Shown one piece after another: positions 10,601 to 26,269 of a DNA stretch of 64,000 nt (position 1 is the first letter of the stretch; each line of letters opens with the position of its first letter). Source of the stretch: Chrysemys picta bellii (taxonomy: Eukaryota); assembly GCF_011386835.1 (NCBI RefSeq), contig NC_088794.1, forward strand, positions 11,346,001 through 11,410,000, in the 5' to 3' direction. Under the pieces are notes generated by a model. It was not told the origin of the DNA, ran no database searches, and saw only the letters and a program-made list of their open reading frames with translations. Position numbers and translations under genes: made by a program.

Positions 10601-10937
10601 GGACCAGTGCGGGTGGGTGAGGCTGTTATTCTGTGAGGTAGGTGGCAATGCCAGGGGGAAGCATGGGTGGGTGAGGCTGGTACCCTGTGGGGTGGCTGGG
10701 GGTGCTGGGGCCAGTGTGGGGAATCAGGCACAATCTGCCCTGCTCCGTGCCGTGCTGACCCCCTCCTTGCCCCTCTGTGCAGTGATCCAGGCCCTGATCG
10801 CGTTGGTGAACGAGCCCGAGCCGGGCCACCCGCTGCGTGCCGACCTGGCCGAGGAATTCACCCGCGACTACAAGAGGTTCCTGCGCAACGCTGAGGATCA
10901 CACCCGCAAATTCAGCGAGAAGCGGCCCTGCGAGTGA
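7508..10937 (+). CDS. UBE2L6: Ubiquitin/ISG15-conjugating enzyme E2 L6 (UBE2L3/UBE2L6 family), 154 aa
   Basis: Exons 7508-7534, 9997-10092, 10258-10444, 10783-10937 (27+96+187+155=465 nt, all GT-AG). Protein [154 protein letters not shown]; HPN motif and catalytic Cys86. L6 rather than L3 rests mainly on position next to SMTNL1/TIMM10. Confidence 0.9.
7838..8808. promoter_or_regulatory. Cluster of IRF-E/ISRE and GAS motifs in UBE2L6 intron 1
   Basis: ACTTTCACTTTT 7838-7849 (rc AAAAGTGAAAGT); CTTTCACTTTC 8490-8500 (rc GAAAGTGAAAG); TTCTCGGAA 8534-8542; AGGAAGTGA near 8762; TTCTGAGAA 8800-8808. Confidence 0.6.
9100..9415. mobile_element. hAT (Charlie-like) fragment in UBE2L6 intron 1
   Basis: Ends gggccgaaGGTTCCCCACCCCTG (rc CAGGGGTGGGGAACC); internal ggttcccggccaatgggagctgc motif shared with the hAT at 5633. 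Confidence 0.6.
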
Positions 10938-11673
10938 CCCTGCTCCTGCTCTGGCACCCCCTGCCTGCTCCTGGTGGGGAAGACTCGCTGTCCCAGGCAG
11001 GGGTGGTGCCTATGCACTCAGTGGGTGAAGTCTAGTGAGTGGGTGGGGCCAAGGTGGTCCCTCCCACCATTGCATGCTGTCATGGCGATGCATCCCATGG
11101 AATTCTGGGGCATGTGCCCCACCCCTGCCCGGACTAAGGGGGGACCCAGCACCTCACGGTAACACTGTTGTCACTTGTTGGAGCCCTTCAACCAAGAGGG
11201 GGCACTGAAGCCCTGGGGGGGTTTGAAGTTGGGTATGTGGGCTTTCCCCTTCCCTTCATTGATTGACTCCTTTGCTCACCTCGTCTTCACTGGGGGGCTC
11301 CCAGGCCTGCCAGGAGTGGTCGGGCCGAAGGCCGCTCCCTGGGCACTGAGCTTTATGCCATGAACCCCATTGCCACTGTTGATCTTGTTTTGGTTTTTTG
11401 CCTGGCACTTTAAAACCTCAGCGGCAAAGACCGGAGGGGGGAGAGAGCAGCCCCAAATGCCTTCCCTGCACCCAGCCCATGCAGACAGGAAGAGATACCT
11501 GCAGCTGGGCAGGTGATTGGGGCTGGGAGAGGGGAGGGGGGTATCAGGCTGGAGGGTGATTCTGGGTTGTAATAGTGTGATGAGAAATGTTTTCTAAAAT
11601 AGCCCCTTTGTTTGTCGGCTGGGGGGGGTGTGTGTGTTGTGTGTGTGTGTGAAATAACTTCCTTTTTCTGATC

Positions 11674-11679
11674 AATAAA
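11674..11679 (+). terminator. Probable UBE2L6 polyadenylation signal
   Basis: AATAAA about 740 nt after the stop codon. Confidence 0.7.
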
Positions 11680-12395
11680 AATGAACCGTGATCCCTCTGC
11701 TCCCATGTGCCGATCCCCCCTCGGATGATTTCCCAGGCAGCTGCCTTCCCTGCCCCACCGTGGTGTGGGGCCATTCCCTGGGGACCTCGGAATATCTCTA
11801 GACTCTTTCTCTTTGAGGTGGGATTGGAGCAGATGCCCTGAGGATGAACCATTCTGATCTCCCTCCTCCCCCCCACCCCCTGCTCTGCACTGGAGGGGAA
11901 GGGCTCTGGGTCCTGTCCCAGCTCCCTGGGCCAGCCTGTTCCCATGGAGCCGGGTGCTGTTCCTAGCCAGCTCCCCCCAGCCCTCCCTCCCGTTCTCCCC
12001 AGTTACCATGGGCTGGCTTGAGGGTCAGACCATGGAGTTGCCCAGCTGAGAGCTGCCAAAGCCATATGGGTGACCCTATAGGGCCCCCCAGACAGCACGG
12101 GGAGGGAAGCTGCATTCCCAGGGGACATAAAACTGAGGTCTTTGTGCCCATTAAAAATCCCACAGGCGGGTGTGTCAGAGCCCCTGCCAGCTTGAGTGAT
12201 CACACCCTGCCTCTCTCTCTCCTCCCTTGGTATGGTCCACTCCTCCACTTCCTGTCCTAACCGCAAGTCACCTCAGGGCCAGCTCAGATGGCCCTTGAGC
12301 AGTTGCTGCCTTGTGCCCTAGACCTGGAGGAAGTGACTGCTGTTGGTGCCGTCATCCGTCTGCACCATCCATGTTCTAGAGCTAGCAAGACTTTG

Positions 12396-12409
12396 CCACC
12401 AGAGGGCAG
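12396..12409 (+). promoter_or_regulatory. CTCF consensus site between the convergent UBE2L6 and SMTNL1 3' ends
   Basis: CCACCAGAGGGCAG matches the CTCF core CCASYAGRKGGCRS. Confidence 0.5.
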
Positions 12410-14165
12410 CACAGAGCTACGAGGGCTGTAGTTACGGGCTGGAAGGGGGTGGGGGTCTGTGCTCAAGCCTATGACTTCCAGGCCCTCTGCGGGATCTGGC
12501 AGCTTGGCGGAGCTGAGTCAAGGCCCAGAGCAGAGGCCTGCATTTGGACAAGGCCCTTCAGAGCTTGGAAGATCATTGGCACCCAGCTGGGTGTCACATT
12601 GGCACCAGCAGGAAGGCAGCCCTGGTTCACTGTCACTTGGAGCTGGGCAGCTGCTGTGGGGGTAGCCCTGAGTGCGGGCGCTTGGTTCTAATGGACCCTG
12701 GAAGTGCCAGGAGAACCACCCCTGCTGTGGCCAGCCAAAGACGTGTTCCAGGCGCCCGCTGCCAGCTTGGATCCACGAGGAATGCTGGCCCCAGCCCTAT
12801 GGTGAAATGTGCTCATCTGGCGTTGGCGAGGAGCAGAGGCGACTTCCTGCTGCTGATGGGCATCGCTCCTGTCTGGGCTGCAGCCACAGCCACATCTGTT
12901 GCACCCTGGCCGAGGAATGTGGCCGGCGCTGATGGAGCCCTCGACCTACCTGAGCTAACCACAAGAAACCGCCCGGCGTCTGCCTGAGCTTGGAGCAGTT
13001 CTGCTTTACTTTATCTGTCAGGGTCTCGTGTGCACACATGAGCCGTGGGCTGGGAAGGGGGCAGGCAGGAGGTGGCTGTGAACCGTTACCAGCGGAGGAG
13101 ATGCCACTTTGGGGGAGAGCTCCAGGACAGACCTGTTGGGAGAGGAGCAGCAGGTGTTGTGGGGGTCGAATGCCTGGGGGGGGGCAGGGGGCCTTGCTTC
13201 AGGAACTCTGCCTTGGAGGGGTCCCTGCCAGCTACCACACACCCCAGTGGGGCATTGGTGGCGCCTGTTGGAAGCTTGCTCAGCCTCAGCCAAGGACTCC
13301 GGGGGCTGGGAGAGCGGGCAGGGGCGAGGACCGGGTATCCTGCCCCTAGCTGGTCTGTCGAGCAGTGGGCTACACCGCCGATCGTTGGGCACGAGGCAGA
13401 ACCAGGCTTGGGGGGGAGGGGCTCTGTTGAAAAGAGGCCACTGGAAAGAATCTGTTATGACCCCCCCGCCCCATGCCTTCTTCCTTACCTTGGGCAGGGG
13501 AGAGAAGATGCCCCTGGAGCTGCCCTGCCCTGCCGGACCCCCCCACCTCATGGAGGGGACCGCCACAGGGGCGGTGCTCAGGAGGTTGGGGGAGGGAGGG
13601 GATAGCTCCTCCCCATCATGCTGTGGGGTGGGGGGGCAAGGCTTTTCTCCAAAGCAGGAAACCCCCTCCCCACCCATGCCCATTTCTGCCCTGCCCCCAT
13701 GGGAGTGTTCAGACATATGCGCCCAGCTCAGCCAGGCGCTGGGCTAGGCTGACTGGGGCAGGGATGGAGGTGCCCCATCCGGCATGGGCCTGCAGAGAGA
13801 ACACCCCTCCCCTCTCCCCCCAACCCGTGATTTGAAAGGGGCCATGGTGATGTCCTGGTGGGGTTGAACTCTGGGCCTTGGTGAAGGTTCTGAAGGGGCC
13901 GAGGTGGGCGCAGCACCCCATCCCCCCATGGCTAGCCCAATCTGCCCCTCTGGGAGGAGGTGATGCCCAGGCACTGAGACGTCCCTTGCTCCCATGTGAG
14001 CAGTGAGAGGGAGGATGGAACATGTAGAGTGCTCCCATTCCCGGCACCACCCCCTGCTGTTCCTCACCCATGCCCCCGTGTGCCAGGCTGAATGTCGGGG
14101 CGGCCCATCCTCACCCACGTCGCCTGGCGCGCTCTCTGCTTCCCCGGCCAGCTGCTCCCCCCACC

Positions 14166-18498
<4,333 letters not shown>

Positions 18499-18829
18499 CT
18501 CTGGAAGGAGACAAGAGGCATGTGGGTCAGATAGGGGCAGCAGGGACCTGGATCGGGGCTGTGAGAGGCCCCCAACTGGCCTGCCCGGGGATTGGCCTAC
18601 CAGATCCCCCCCAAGGCTCTGACTACCCCCACCCCTGAGCCCCACCATTGCCAAGTTTTGGGGGGGGACAGGAGGCATCCGGTCGCCCTCTGCTGGCCAT
18701 ACCATGGCATTGTCGGGCCTGCGATGGGGAGCTTACATCAACTCCAATGCAGTTCTTTTTCTCGGGGGGGGGGGGGGGGGGGGAAGAAGGGAATGCAGCC
18801 TGGGGGAGAGATTGGGGGACCATAGTGTG

Positions 18830-19130
18830 CAGGGGGAGGGAGAATGGGGGGCACAAAGATGCCCTGGTGGGGGGGAGAGGAGAATGGGGGTCATACAGAG
18901 CCCCTGACATGGGGGACAGACTGGGGAACCCTGGTGTACGGGGGGAGGGAGAATGGGGGGCACACACATGCCCTGGTGTGGGGGAGGGGAGAATGGGGGG
19001 CATACAGAGCCCCTGACATGGGGGACAGACTGGGGAACCCTGGTGTGCGGGGGGAGGGAGAATGGGGAGCACACAGATGCCCTGGTATGGGGGAGAGATT
19101 GTGGAAACCTGGGAGGAGAGGAAATGGGGG
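18830..19130. repeat. G-rich minisatellite (~110-bp higher-order unit of ~40-bp subunits) in SMTNL1 intron 1
   Basis: atacagagcccctgacatgggggacagactggggaaccctggtgt near 18893 and 19002; repeated ggagaatgggggg. Confidence 0.75.
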
Positions 19131-19294
19131 CACACACAGCCCCCGGTGGGGGGGGAGCTGCAGGGTGTCCCTGCAATGGAGGGTTGAACCCAGGGACCTT
19201 GTGGGGGGGGTATGGAGGGGTGCCCCTGCTTCATGCAATGAGCTTGGCCAACACCAGCGAGGTGTGACTATGCAGTAAATACCGTAGGACCTAC

Positions 19295-19544
19295 CTAAAC
19301 CCAGGAGAGCTGGGGAGGCAGCCGGGGAGAGAGCCCTTGGGGCTGGCTGTGCTGTCAACCCTTTCAAGTGGAATAGGAGGCCAGGCTGGATAATGACCCT
19401 TTAAAGCAAGGTGCCCCACCCCCCATCCGGGGGAAACAATCTCCAGGGCCTGGAACAGGACTCTGACTCAGGCACCAAACCTGCAGTGGGGGAGGGCACC
19501 TTGGGGAAGGGGCAGGTGACCCCCTCCTCAGCAGCTAAATATAC
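19295..19544 (-). promoter_or_regulatory. Putative SMTNL1 non-coding exon 1 (~19372-19295) and muscle-type promoter
   Basis: Minus-strand donor AG|GTAGGT (GT 19294-19293); TTTAAA at 19400-19405; E-box CAGGTG 19513-19518; MEF2-like CTAAATATAC 19535-19544; acceptor at 18502-18501 lies 2 nt before the ATG, so an upstream exon is needed. Confidence 0.45.
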
Positions 19545-19639
19545 CCCTGACATTTACCGCTCTGCCAGACCCAGGGAATGGGGGACTCGCCAACCGCGGT
19601 CCTGCCACCCCCCCGTGGTAAACTGCCTGCAGCCCCAGG

Positions 19640-20180
19640 CTTCTACCCCAGCTCTGCCAGTGCTCCTCTATCTTGACCCACCACCCCCTGCTAGCCCAGC
19701 CCCGGGATCCCCCCAGTGCCTCTCAATCCCAACCCACCACCCCCTGCTAGCCCAGCCCCGGGATCCCCCCAGTTCTTCCAGTGCCCCTCAGTCCCAACCC
19801 ACCACCCCCTGCTAGCCCAGCCCTGGCTCCCCCCAGCTGTGCCAATGCCCCTCAATCCCACCCCACCACCCCCTGCTAGCCCAGCCTTGGGCTTCCACCC
19901 CAGCTCTGCCAGTGCCCCTATATAGCGACCTGCCACCCTCTGCTAGCCCAGCCCTGGGCTTCCACCCCAACTCTGCCAGTGCCCCTCTGTCCTGACCCAC
20001 CTCTCCCTGTTATCCAGTCCTAGGCTCCCCCCAGTTCTTCCAGTGCCCCCCAATCCCACCCAGCTGCCCCCTGCTACCCAACTCCCCCAGTTCTTCTGGT
20101 GCCCCTCTATCTTGACCCACTTCTCCCTGCTAGCCCAACCCCGGGCTCCCCCCAGCTCTGCCAGTGCCCCTCAATCCCAA
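19640..20180. repeat. C-rich degenerate minisatellite (cccaccaccccctgctagcccagccc)
   Basis: Motif recurs roughly every 55-65 nt. Confidence 0.7.
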
Positions 20181-21384
20181 CCTACAGCCCCTGTTATTCC
20201 AGGCCTGGGCTCCCACGAGTTGCCTTTGATTCAGATGGTCTCCCCCAGTGCCTGAGAGAAGAAAGGGGGTTGAGGTGATTCTGGGGGATCCTGAGCCAAG
20301 GGCAATGGGCAGTGGACCCTCTCTGCACCTTGAGCCCCATAAGCCAGGGCAGGGGGTGTCTCCAGCCTGACCAAGCTCCACCTACCGGAGGGGTTCATTC
20401 AATGCCCCACTTCCCACCCTCCCCACTCTGGGCCCTCCCTGGAGTAGGGGTGCTGGCCAGGGCTGCACCCACCTGCTGGCTGCTCCACAGGGCGGGCTGG
20501 TTCTGGGCTCGGTCCCCGTCTGTCCCGCTTTTTGTGTCACCGCCCTTGGCACAGCCCCCTCCCGGGGCAGCGCAGCCTATTTTTACCAGGAGAGGAACAG
20601 GTGCCACTTTCATTCATACTCCTCCACTCTGCCAGCTCCCCTGGTCCTCTGCGGGGGCGGGGGTAGGGGGAGCTCCACTCTCCCAGGATCACATGGGTGA
20701 GACCCCCTGGGACGAGCCTGAGGGGCTATGGGGGGACCTCACCAGGCAGGAAGTGCAGCCACTATCTCTGGCAAGGGACCCTTGTGCTGAGAGGTAGCAA
20801 ATGGGGGGTGAAGCAAAAGGACAAACAACCACAGAGGATCCCACCCTGACAGGACCTGGAGTCCCTCCCTTCTCCAGCTCACGGTACTGCCCCTGCTCCG
20901 GGGGCACCAGCCATCCAGCTTGGCACCCCGGGGCTGGAGCTAACAGAGCCATGGTGGGCTGCAAGGGGTGCCCAAACACTGGGCAGGGTCCCCCTCCTGA
21001 GTCCGTGAGATGCAGGCGCTTGGCTGCTGGAGCATCAGGGATTTGGGGATCGCTCCCCACTGCCCAGGCAGCCAATCAGGAAGGAGACTACCCCCCTCCC
21101 CCATCCTCGTGAATGTCTCTGTGGAGCATCCAGGCCACTCGATGTAGTACTGGTCTGTCCCCAGTGCAGCTCTGGGGCCTGGCATGCCAACCCAGCCAGA
21201 TGCTGGGGCACTAGGCAGTCACGTGGGCATCATCCATGGGGCAGAAGGAAAAGACGGGGTAGATCCCACCTAATCCAGGCCCCTGGGTGGCTCCCCTGCA
21301 GCCGTTCCCTGCCTCCCCTGGCATCTCAGGCTCAACTGTGGCACTGCCTCCTTTCTAAAGACAAAAGCTACGTGCTCCAGCGGG

Positions 21385-21490
21385 TAGAGCTGGGAACTAG
21401 GAGTCAGGAGAGCTGGGTTCTGTCCTGATTCTGAGCTTGGGCAAGTCCCTGCCTCGTTCTGTGCCTCAATTTCCCCGTGTGTAATATGGT
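21385..21490 (+). mobile_element. MIR/CORE-SINE fragment
   Basis: ggagtcaggagagctgggttctgtcctgattctgagcttgggcaagtc...ctgtgcctcaatttcccc..tgtaa resembles the CORE domain. Confidence 0.55.
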
Positions 21491-22179
21491 GGTGGGGTGT
21501 GACAATCCGGACACACACACTGACTAGGACGAGCTGCCTGGCTCTGTTTAGCAGGTGGCTCAGACCGTCACTGGCTCAGAGGCAGAGGCCCCTTTCCACG
21601 TAAAATCGGCAGTAGAAGAGACAGGCACCACCACAGGGACACTGAGCCCAGGGCATTCATAAGCAGTGGGCAGGTGGTAAAACTGGCAGCCAGGGTAGGG
21701 CATGTTCTTGTGATGTGTTTGGGGGGGTGATCAGGCAGGGCCTGCTCCAGCCCCGCTGGCTGTGGGATCGGTCCCAGGTGCCACACTGCAGTGCCGCCGC
21801 TTCTCCCAGGGGCCCATGGCGGGAGGTGCTGCCTGGGGTCAAAGGGAGAGAGTGGCTGGTGGTGCCCAGCATGATGGTACAGGCTGTGTCTGGGCTCTGG
21901 CAGCTCTGCTCCTGTCCTGTTCCTGCTCCAGGTACAGCGGACTCTGGAGGAATACTGCAAATAACAGCACAGCCCCACTGTCTGCTGGCCCCCACTGTGA
22001 TCATCCCCTACCCCCTGATCCCCAACATCCCTTGTCACTCCACAGCCCCACTGCCTGACAGCCCTCACAATGAACCCCCCGCCGCCTGACAGCCCTCACA
22101 ATGAACCCCCATCCCCCACTGCCTGACAGCCCTCACAATGAACCCCCTAGTCTAGGCTCATTAGACATCCTAGCTTGTC

Positions 22180-22644
22180 TAGCAACAGCTAGATCTCCAT
22201 GGTAACATGGCTGTGCCCATCATCCCGTTGCCCATCCGGTATGTTCTAGCCTAGGTCCTTCACCCGCTCTATGCTCTAATTGGGTTCCCCGCCTTCCTCT
22301 GGCGTCAGCTCCTCTCCGCTCTAGCTCCAGTCCAGGCACATCTCTATGGTTTGGAACCGGCCCCTCTAGTCTCCTGCCTCGTTCCTCCCGCTCTCTTGCG
22401 GGTAACTCTGTGGTAGCTGAGTCCGCCACATACCGGAAGTGGTTCTCTTCCCCCCCCCCCCCAACCGGACTCTATGGTACCTTGGAGGAGAGAGGAGCCC
22501 ATCATGCCGGAAGCGCCTGTTCCCGCGTGTTTCCGGCTGGCGGGGGAAAGTCACGTTACACCCAGGAAAAAGGGGCCGGTGTAACTTCGGGGAGCTGTTG
22601 AGCCCTGACCGCGGGGCTCAGTGATCGCCCGAGGAGCGCGGAGG
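22180..22644 (+). promoter_or_regulatory. TIMM10 promoter and non-coding exon 1
   Basis: ETS/GABP ACCGGAAGT 22432-22440, further CCGGAAG near 22508 and TTCCGG near 22531; RFX-like TCTCCATGGTAAC near 22194-22206; CpG-rich; donor GAGG|GTGAGG after 22644; next acceptor before 22956. Confidence 0.6.
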
Positions 22645-23013
22645 GTGAGGGGTCCCCGCACAGAGCCTTGGGGGGGGGGTCAGCTCTGAGGCGTGGGACG
22701 TGCCCCCCCCCCCCACGGTGCCCCCCCAGTGCATTGGCTGGGGTCGGTTGGCCCGGCTCGGCAGTGGCGCCCCCTGGGAGTGTGTCGGGGTGTCCGCACT
22801 GGGTGGGGGGCTGCACTGGGGAGTGGAGTTGCCGCCCTGGGGGGGGACTGCACTGGGGGGCTGCCCTGGGAAGTGGTGTTGCCACCCTGGGGGTGTGGGG
22901 TACTGCACTGGGGGGTGGGAGTGGCAGCTCTGACAGGCTCTGTGTGTGTTTCCAGGAGCAAGTCGCTGCCTCCCGCCCCAAACGCCGGGGACTCGGTGCT
23001 CGCTCGCGGTGCG

Positions 23014-23911
23014 ATGGATCCGCTCAGGGCCCAGCAGCTGGCAGCTGAGCTGGAGGTGGAGATGATGGCCGACATGTACAACAGGTAACGACCCCATTGC
23101 GGCTGCTCCTTGTCAAGGGCAGGGTCGCAGCTCCCCAGAGTGCGGCGTGCTGGGGTGTCATAGGTTTGAAAGCCAGCGGGGACCATTGTCTTCCTCTAAA
23201 TTGGAAGGAGTCTGGTGGCACCTTAAAGACCAACAGATTTATTTGGGCGTAAGCTTTCGTGGGTAAAAAACCTCACTTCTTCAGATGCAAATTGGAGACA
23301 GTCACAAGAATAATTAAAGGATTAGAAAATATGCCTCCTAGTGAGAGACTCCAGGAGCTCAATCTCTTTAGCATAACCAAAAGAAGGTTAAGTGATGATT
23401 TGATGAATTGGTAAGTACCTACGTGGGAAACAGATATTTAATAATGGGGTGTTCAGTCTAGCAGAGAAAAGTCTAATATGATCCAATGGCTAGAAGTTGA
23501 AGTCATGGGTTGGGATTGAGAGGAATTGGCAGAGCCCAGAACTGCAATAGCAAGGGCTGTGGATTGGGATTCAGGGACACTGGCAGAACTGTGGGCAGGG
23601 TGTGGGGGGAACTCAGGGCTGGGATAGTAGAGGGGTCTGTGGGGAGGAGGCAGGACTGGGGTCACAGGGGCATCTGTGAATTCTCATGCTCTCCCCCTCT
23701 GTGGCCCAGAATGACCAACGCCTGTCACCGGAAGTGTGTCCCGCCCCACTACAAGGAGGCAGAGCTCTCGAAGGGGGAGTCTGTGTGCCTGGACCGCTGC
23801 GTCTCTAAGTACCTGGACATCCACGAGCGCATGGGCAAGAAACTGACGGAGCTTTCCATGCAGGATGAGGAGCTGATGAAGAGGATGCAGCAGGGAGCGG
23901 GGCCAGTGTAG
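23014..23911 (+). CDS. TIMM10: Mitochondrial import inner membrane translocase subunit Tim10, 90 aa
   Basis: Exons 23014-23084 and 23710-23911 (71+202=273 nt). [90 protein letters not shown]; twin CX3C motif. Confidence 0.98.
23200..23506 (+). mobile_element. Penelope-like terminal fragment (~23200-23290) followed by a CR1 fragment (~23294-23506) in TIMM10 intron
   Basis: gtggcaccttaaagaccaacagatttatttgggcgtaagctttcgtggg resembles the abundant turtle Penelope-type repeat (from memory); acaagaataattaaaggattagaaaatatgcc...agaaggttaag is CR1 ORF2-like. Confidence 0.6.
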
Positions 23912-23998
23912 GGACTTCCTCTTGAACATGGACAGCCTGCATGATTGGCCCAGTGGCCCCACCATTGCCTTCCAGACTCAACCCTGTGCCCCCCCATC

Positions 23999-24004
23999 AA
24001 TAAA
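23999..24004 (+). terminator. TIMM10 polyadenylation signal
   Basis: AATAAA about 90 nt after the stop codon. Confidence 0.75.
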
Positions 24005-24389
24005 ACCTCTGCAGTTGTGTATGAGCTAGGTCTTTGCCTGCAAGGACATTTCAAAGAGCTGGGGCTGGGATATACCAATGGGATGTTCCGCTTCCCCCTC
24101 CCACCCCTGCCTTGCTCCATCCCCGAGTGGATAGGGTCCCAGTTCTACCCTGTCCAGCTCACCTTCCCATTTAGCAGGCCAGTCCAGGGGGGGGGCTAAG
24201 AGCCCCGTTCTGTCTTTTTACCACTTCATCGGAGGAAAGGGTTAATCGAGGTCAGTTCCTGCATGGGGAGCAGTTCTGCCGGTGGCCAGGTTGGCATCTG
24301 GCTGCTTTTTCCTCTGAGAGTACCCCAGTGTAGCTCTAGGGGGCGCTCTGCAGCCGGAGCAGGGGCATATCTTCCTGGTGCTCTGTAAA

Positions 24390-24661
24390 CAGGGCCGGCT
24401 CCAGGCACCAGTGAAGGAAGCAAGTGCTTGGGGCGGCCAATAGAAAGGGGCGGCACGTCCGGGTCTTCGGCGGTGGGTCCCTTAGTCCTTCTCTTCCTCT
24501 TTGAGCTGCCGCCGAAGAGGAAGTGAGGGACTGAAGGACTTGCTGCCGAAGAACGAAGCAGCGCAGTTGAGCTGCCGGCGAGGTGCTGCTGATCGGCTGT
24601 GGGTTTTTTGTTTGTTTGTTTTTCACCACTTGGGGCGGCAAAAAAGCTGAAGCTGGCCCTG
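24390..24661. mobile_element. hAT MITE (272 bp)
   Basis: TIRs CAGGGCCGGCT / AGCTGGCCCTG; 8-bp TSD tctgtaaa / gctgtaaa (7 of 8). Confidence 0.9.
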
Positions 24662-25311
24662 GCTGTAAAGCTCAGCTCCCCTTTTGCTGTGCACACTAAA
24701 TTCCCTTGGCACGTTCTCTGGGATCAGTATGTGAATGGCAGGGTCCTGATCAAGTCTGGATAACCTCCCCTCCCCTGCAGTTATCTTTTCACTTCCATTC
24801 CCAAACTCTTAGTGGAAGGATGTCACTCTTCCCCTGTAATCACCTCCCACCCCAGAGGTGGCTGCAGATCCATGCATGCCTGTGTGAAGAGCTTGTCTCT
24901 TATTTCAACCAACTCATCCTGGCAAGCACAGGTGGCTGATGGTGCATTTTGTGCCCACCAGGGGACGTGCTGCTCCCTGCAGAGCCACGTGGCCCTTAAT
25001 AACCATGTTGGTTTAACAGCTCCGGGCTGTGGTACATGTTTAACAATCCAGAATCTTAATTGGGTTGTTTCCCTTCCTTTGTCTCATTCAGAGTGCTGAC
25101 CGCAGGTTAATTACATGGCAGCTCTGTTTTGCCAGAGGCTGAATTCTCCCATTCCAGCTACTTAGAGATCAGAATGGGATTAAAAGACACCAGCTGGGAG
25201 TTATTTTTAATTTGCCTGACTTGAGCTTTTGAAGGTTTTGTTCATCTTGGCTGGGTGGTGGCCTCTCCGTTTGGGAAAATGCTAGAGGAATGGGCTGTAA
25301 TAATGAGGAGT

Positions 25312-25580
25312 CAGAGATTATAAAGTCAGAAGCGACAGCTGTGCTTATCTAGTCTGATCTCCAGGCCTGAGGACTTCCTTGAATTAATTCCTGGTTGAAC
25401 TAGCAGATCTGTTACAAAAACATCCCATCTTGATTGAAGAATTGTCAATGACGGAGAATCTGCTGCAGCCCTTGGTAGATTGTTCCCGGGGTTAATTCAC
25501 CTTGCTGGTCACATTTTGTGCTTTGTTTCCACTCTGAATTTGTCTAGCTTCAACTTCCAGCCACGGCCCCTTGTTAGATC
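25312..25580 (-). mobile_element. CR1 LINE 3' fragment
   Basis: ctgaatttgtctagcttcaacttccagcca and atctagtctgatctcc are reverse-complement CR1 ORF2 end/3' UTR. Confidence 0.75.
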
Positions 25581-26269
25581 TTTGGCTGCTAGGTTGTGGT
25601 AACCCCTGGGGGCTTCCCAGATGTTCAGGAAGGGATAGTCCAATCCCTACTTTGATCACGGTCTGCAGACAGACAGACAAACCGGGCATTCATAGTGGTA
25701 GCAGAAGCAGCCTTGTTTGCACACACCCCTTTTTCCCCTTTGTGCTGGGGACGGGGTCAGGTATGGAGCTGGGGTGGGGCAGGAGCGGAGCTGGGGACAG
25801 GTCAGGGCTGGCTGGCCCTCCCTCACTGTCCCCTGTGGGGGCTGGCCTAGCCCACTGTGCCCCCCCCCGAACATCTAGGGGCTGTGCCCCACAGTTTAGA
25901 GACCTCTGCTGTAGAGGAAGGGGGCTAAGCTGTACTGTTGTAAGGCACCTCTCCATTCTGAGGGTGGTGCTGGTATAACAATACTGGCAGCCATGTGGCT
26001 GTGGTTATTCTCTCCCGGGATGTGTAGGAGCTGGCCTAGGAGGGCAATAGCCGTGGGCAGGAACAGGGAAGGAGGCACAGCAGGAATGATGCCAGTGTTC
26101 CCCAACCCCTTCACAAACCCCACCGCAGCGTTTAACCCTCTGGCATCCAGTGGCGGGGAGTTCCACAGGCTGTCTTGGGAAGGACAGCTGCCTGTTTCCT
26201 TGCAGTTAATACCCTTGAGTGTCTCTGATCACAGGACTGGGGAACTGACCCCCTATAGCTCTTAAACAC

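Noticed and set aside
7508-10937. Calling the E2 gene UBE2L3
   Set aside because: Overall similarity favours UBE2L3, but position beside SMTNL1/TIMM10, several UBE2L6-type residues and IRF/GAS motifs point to UBE2L6; a phylogeny is still needed.
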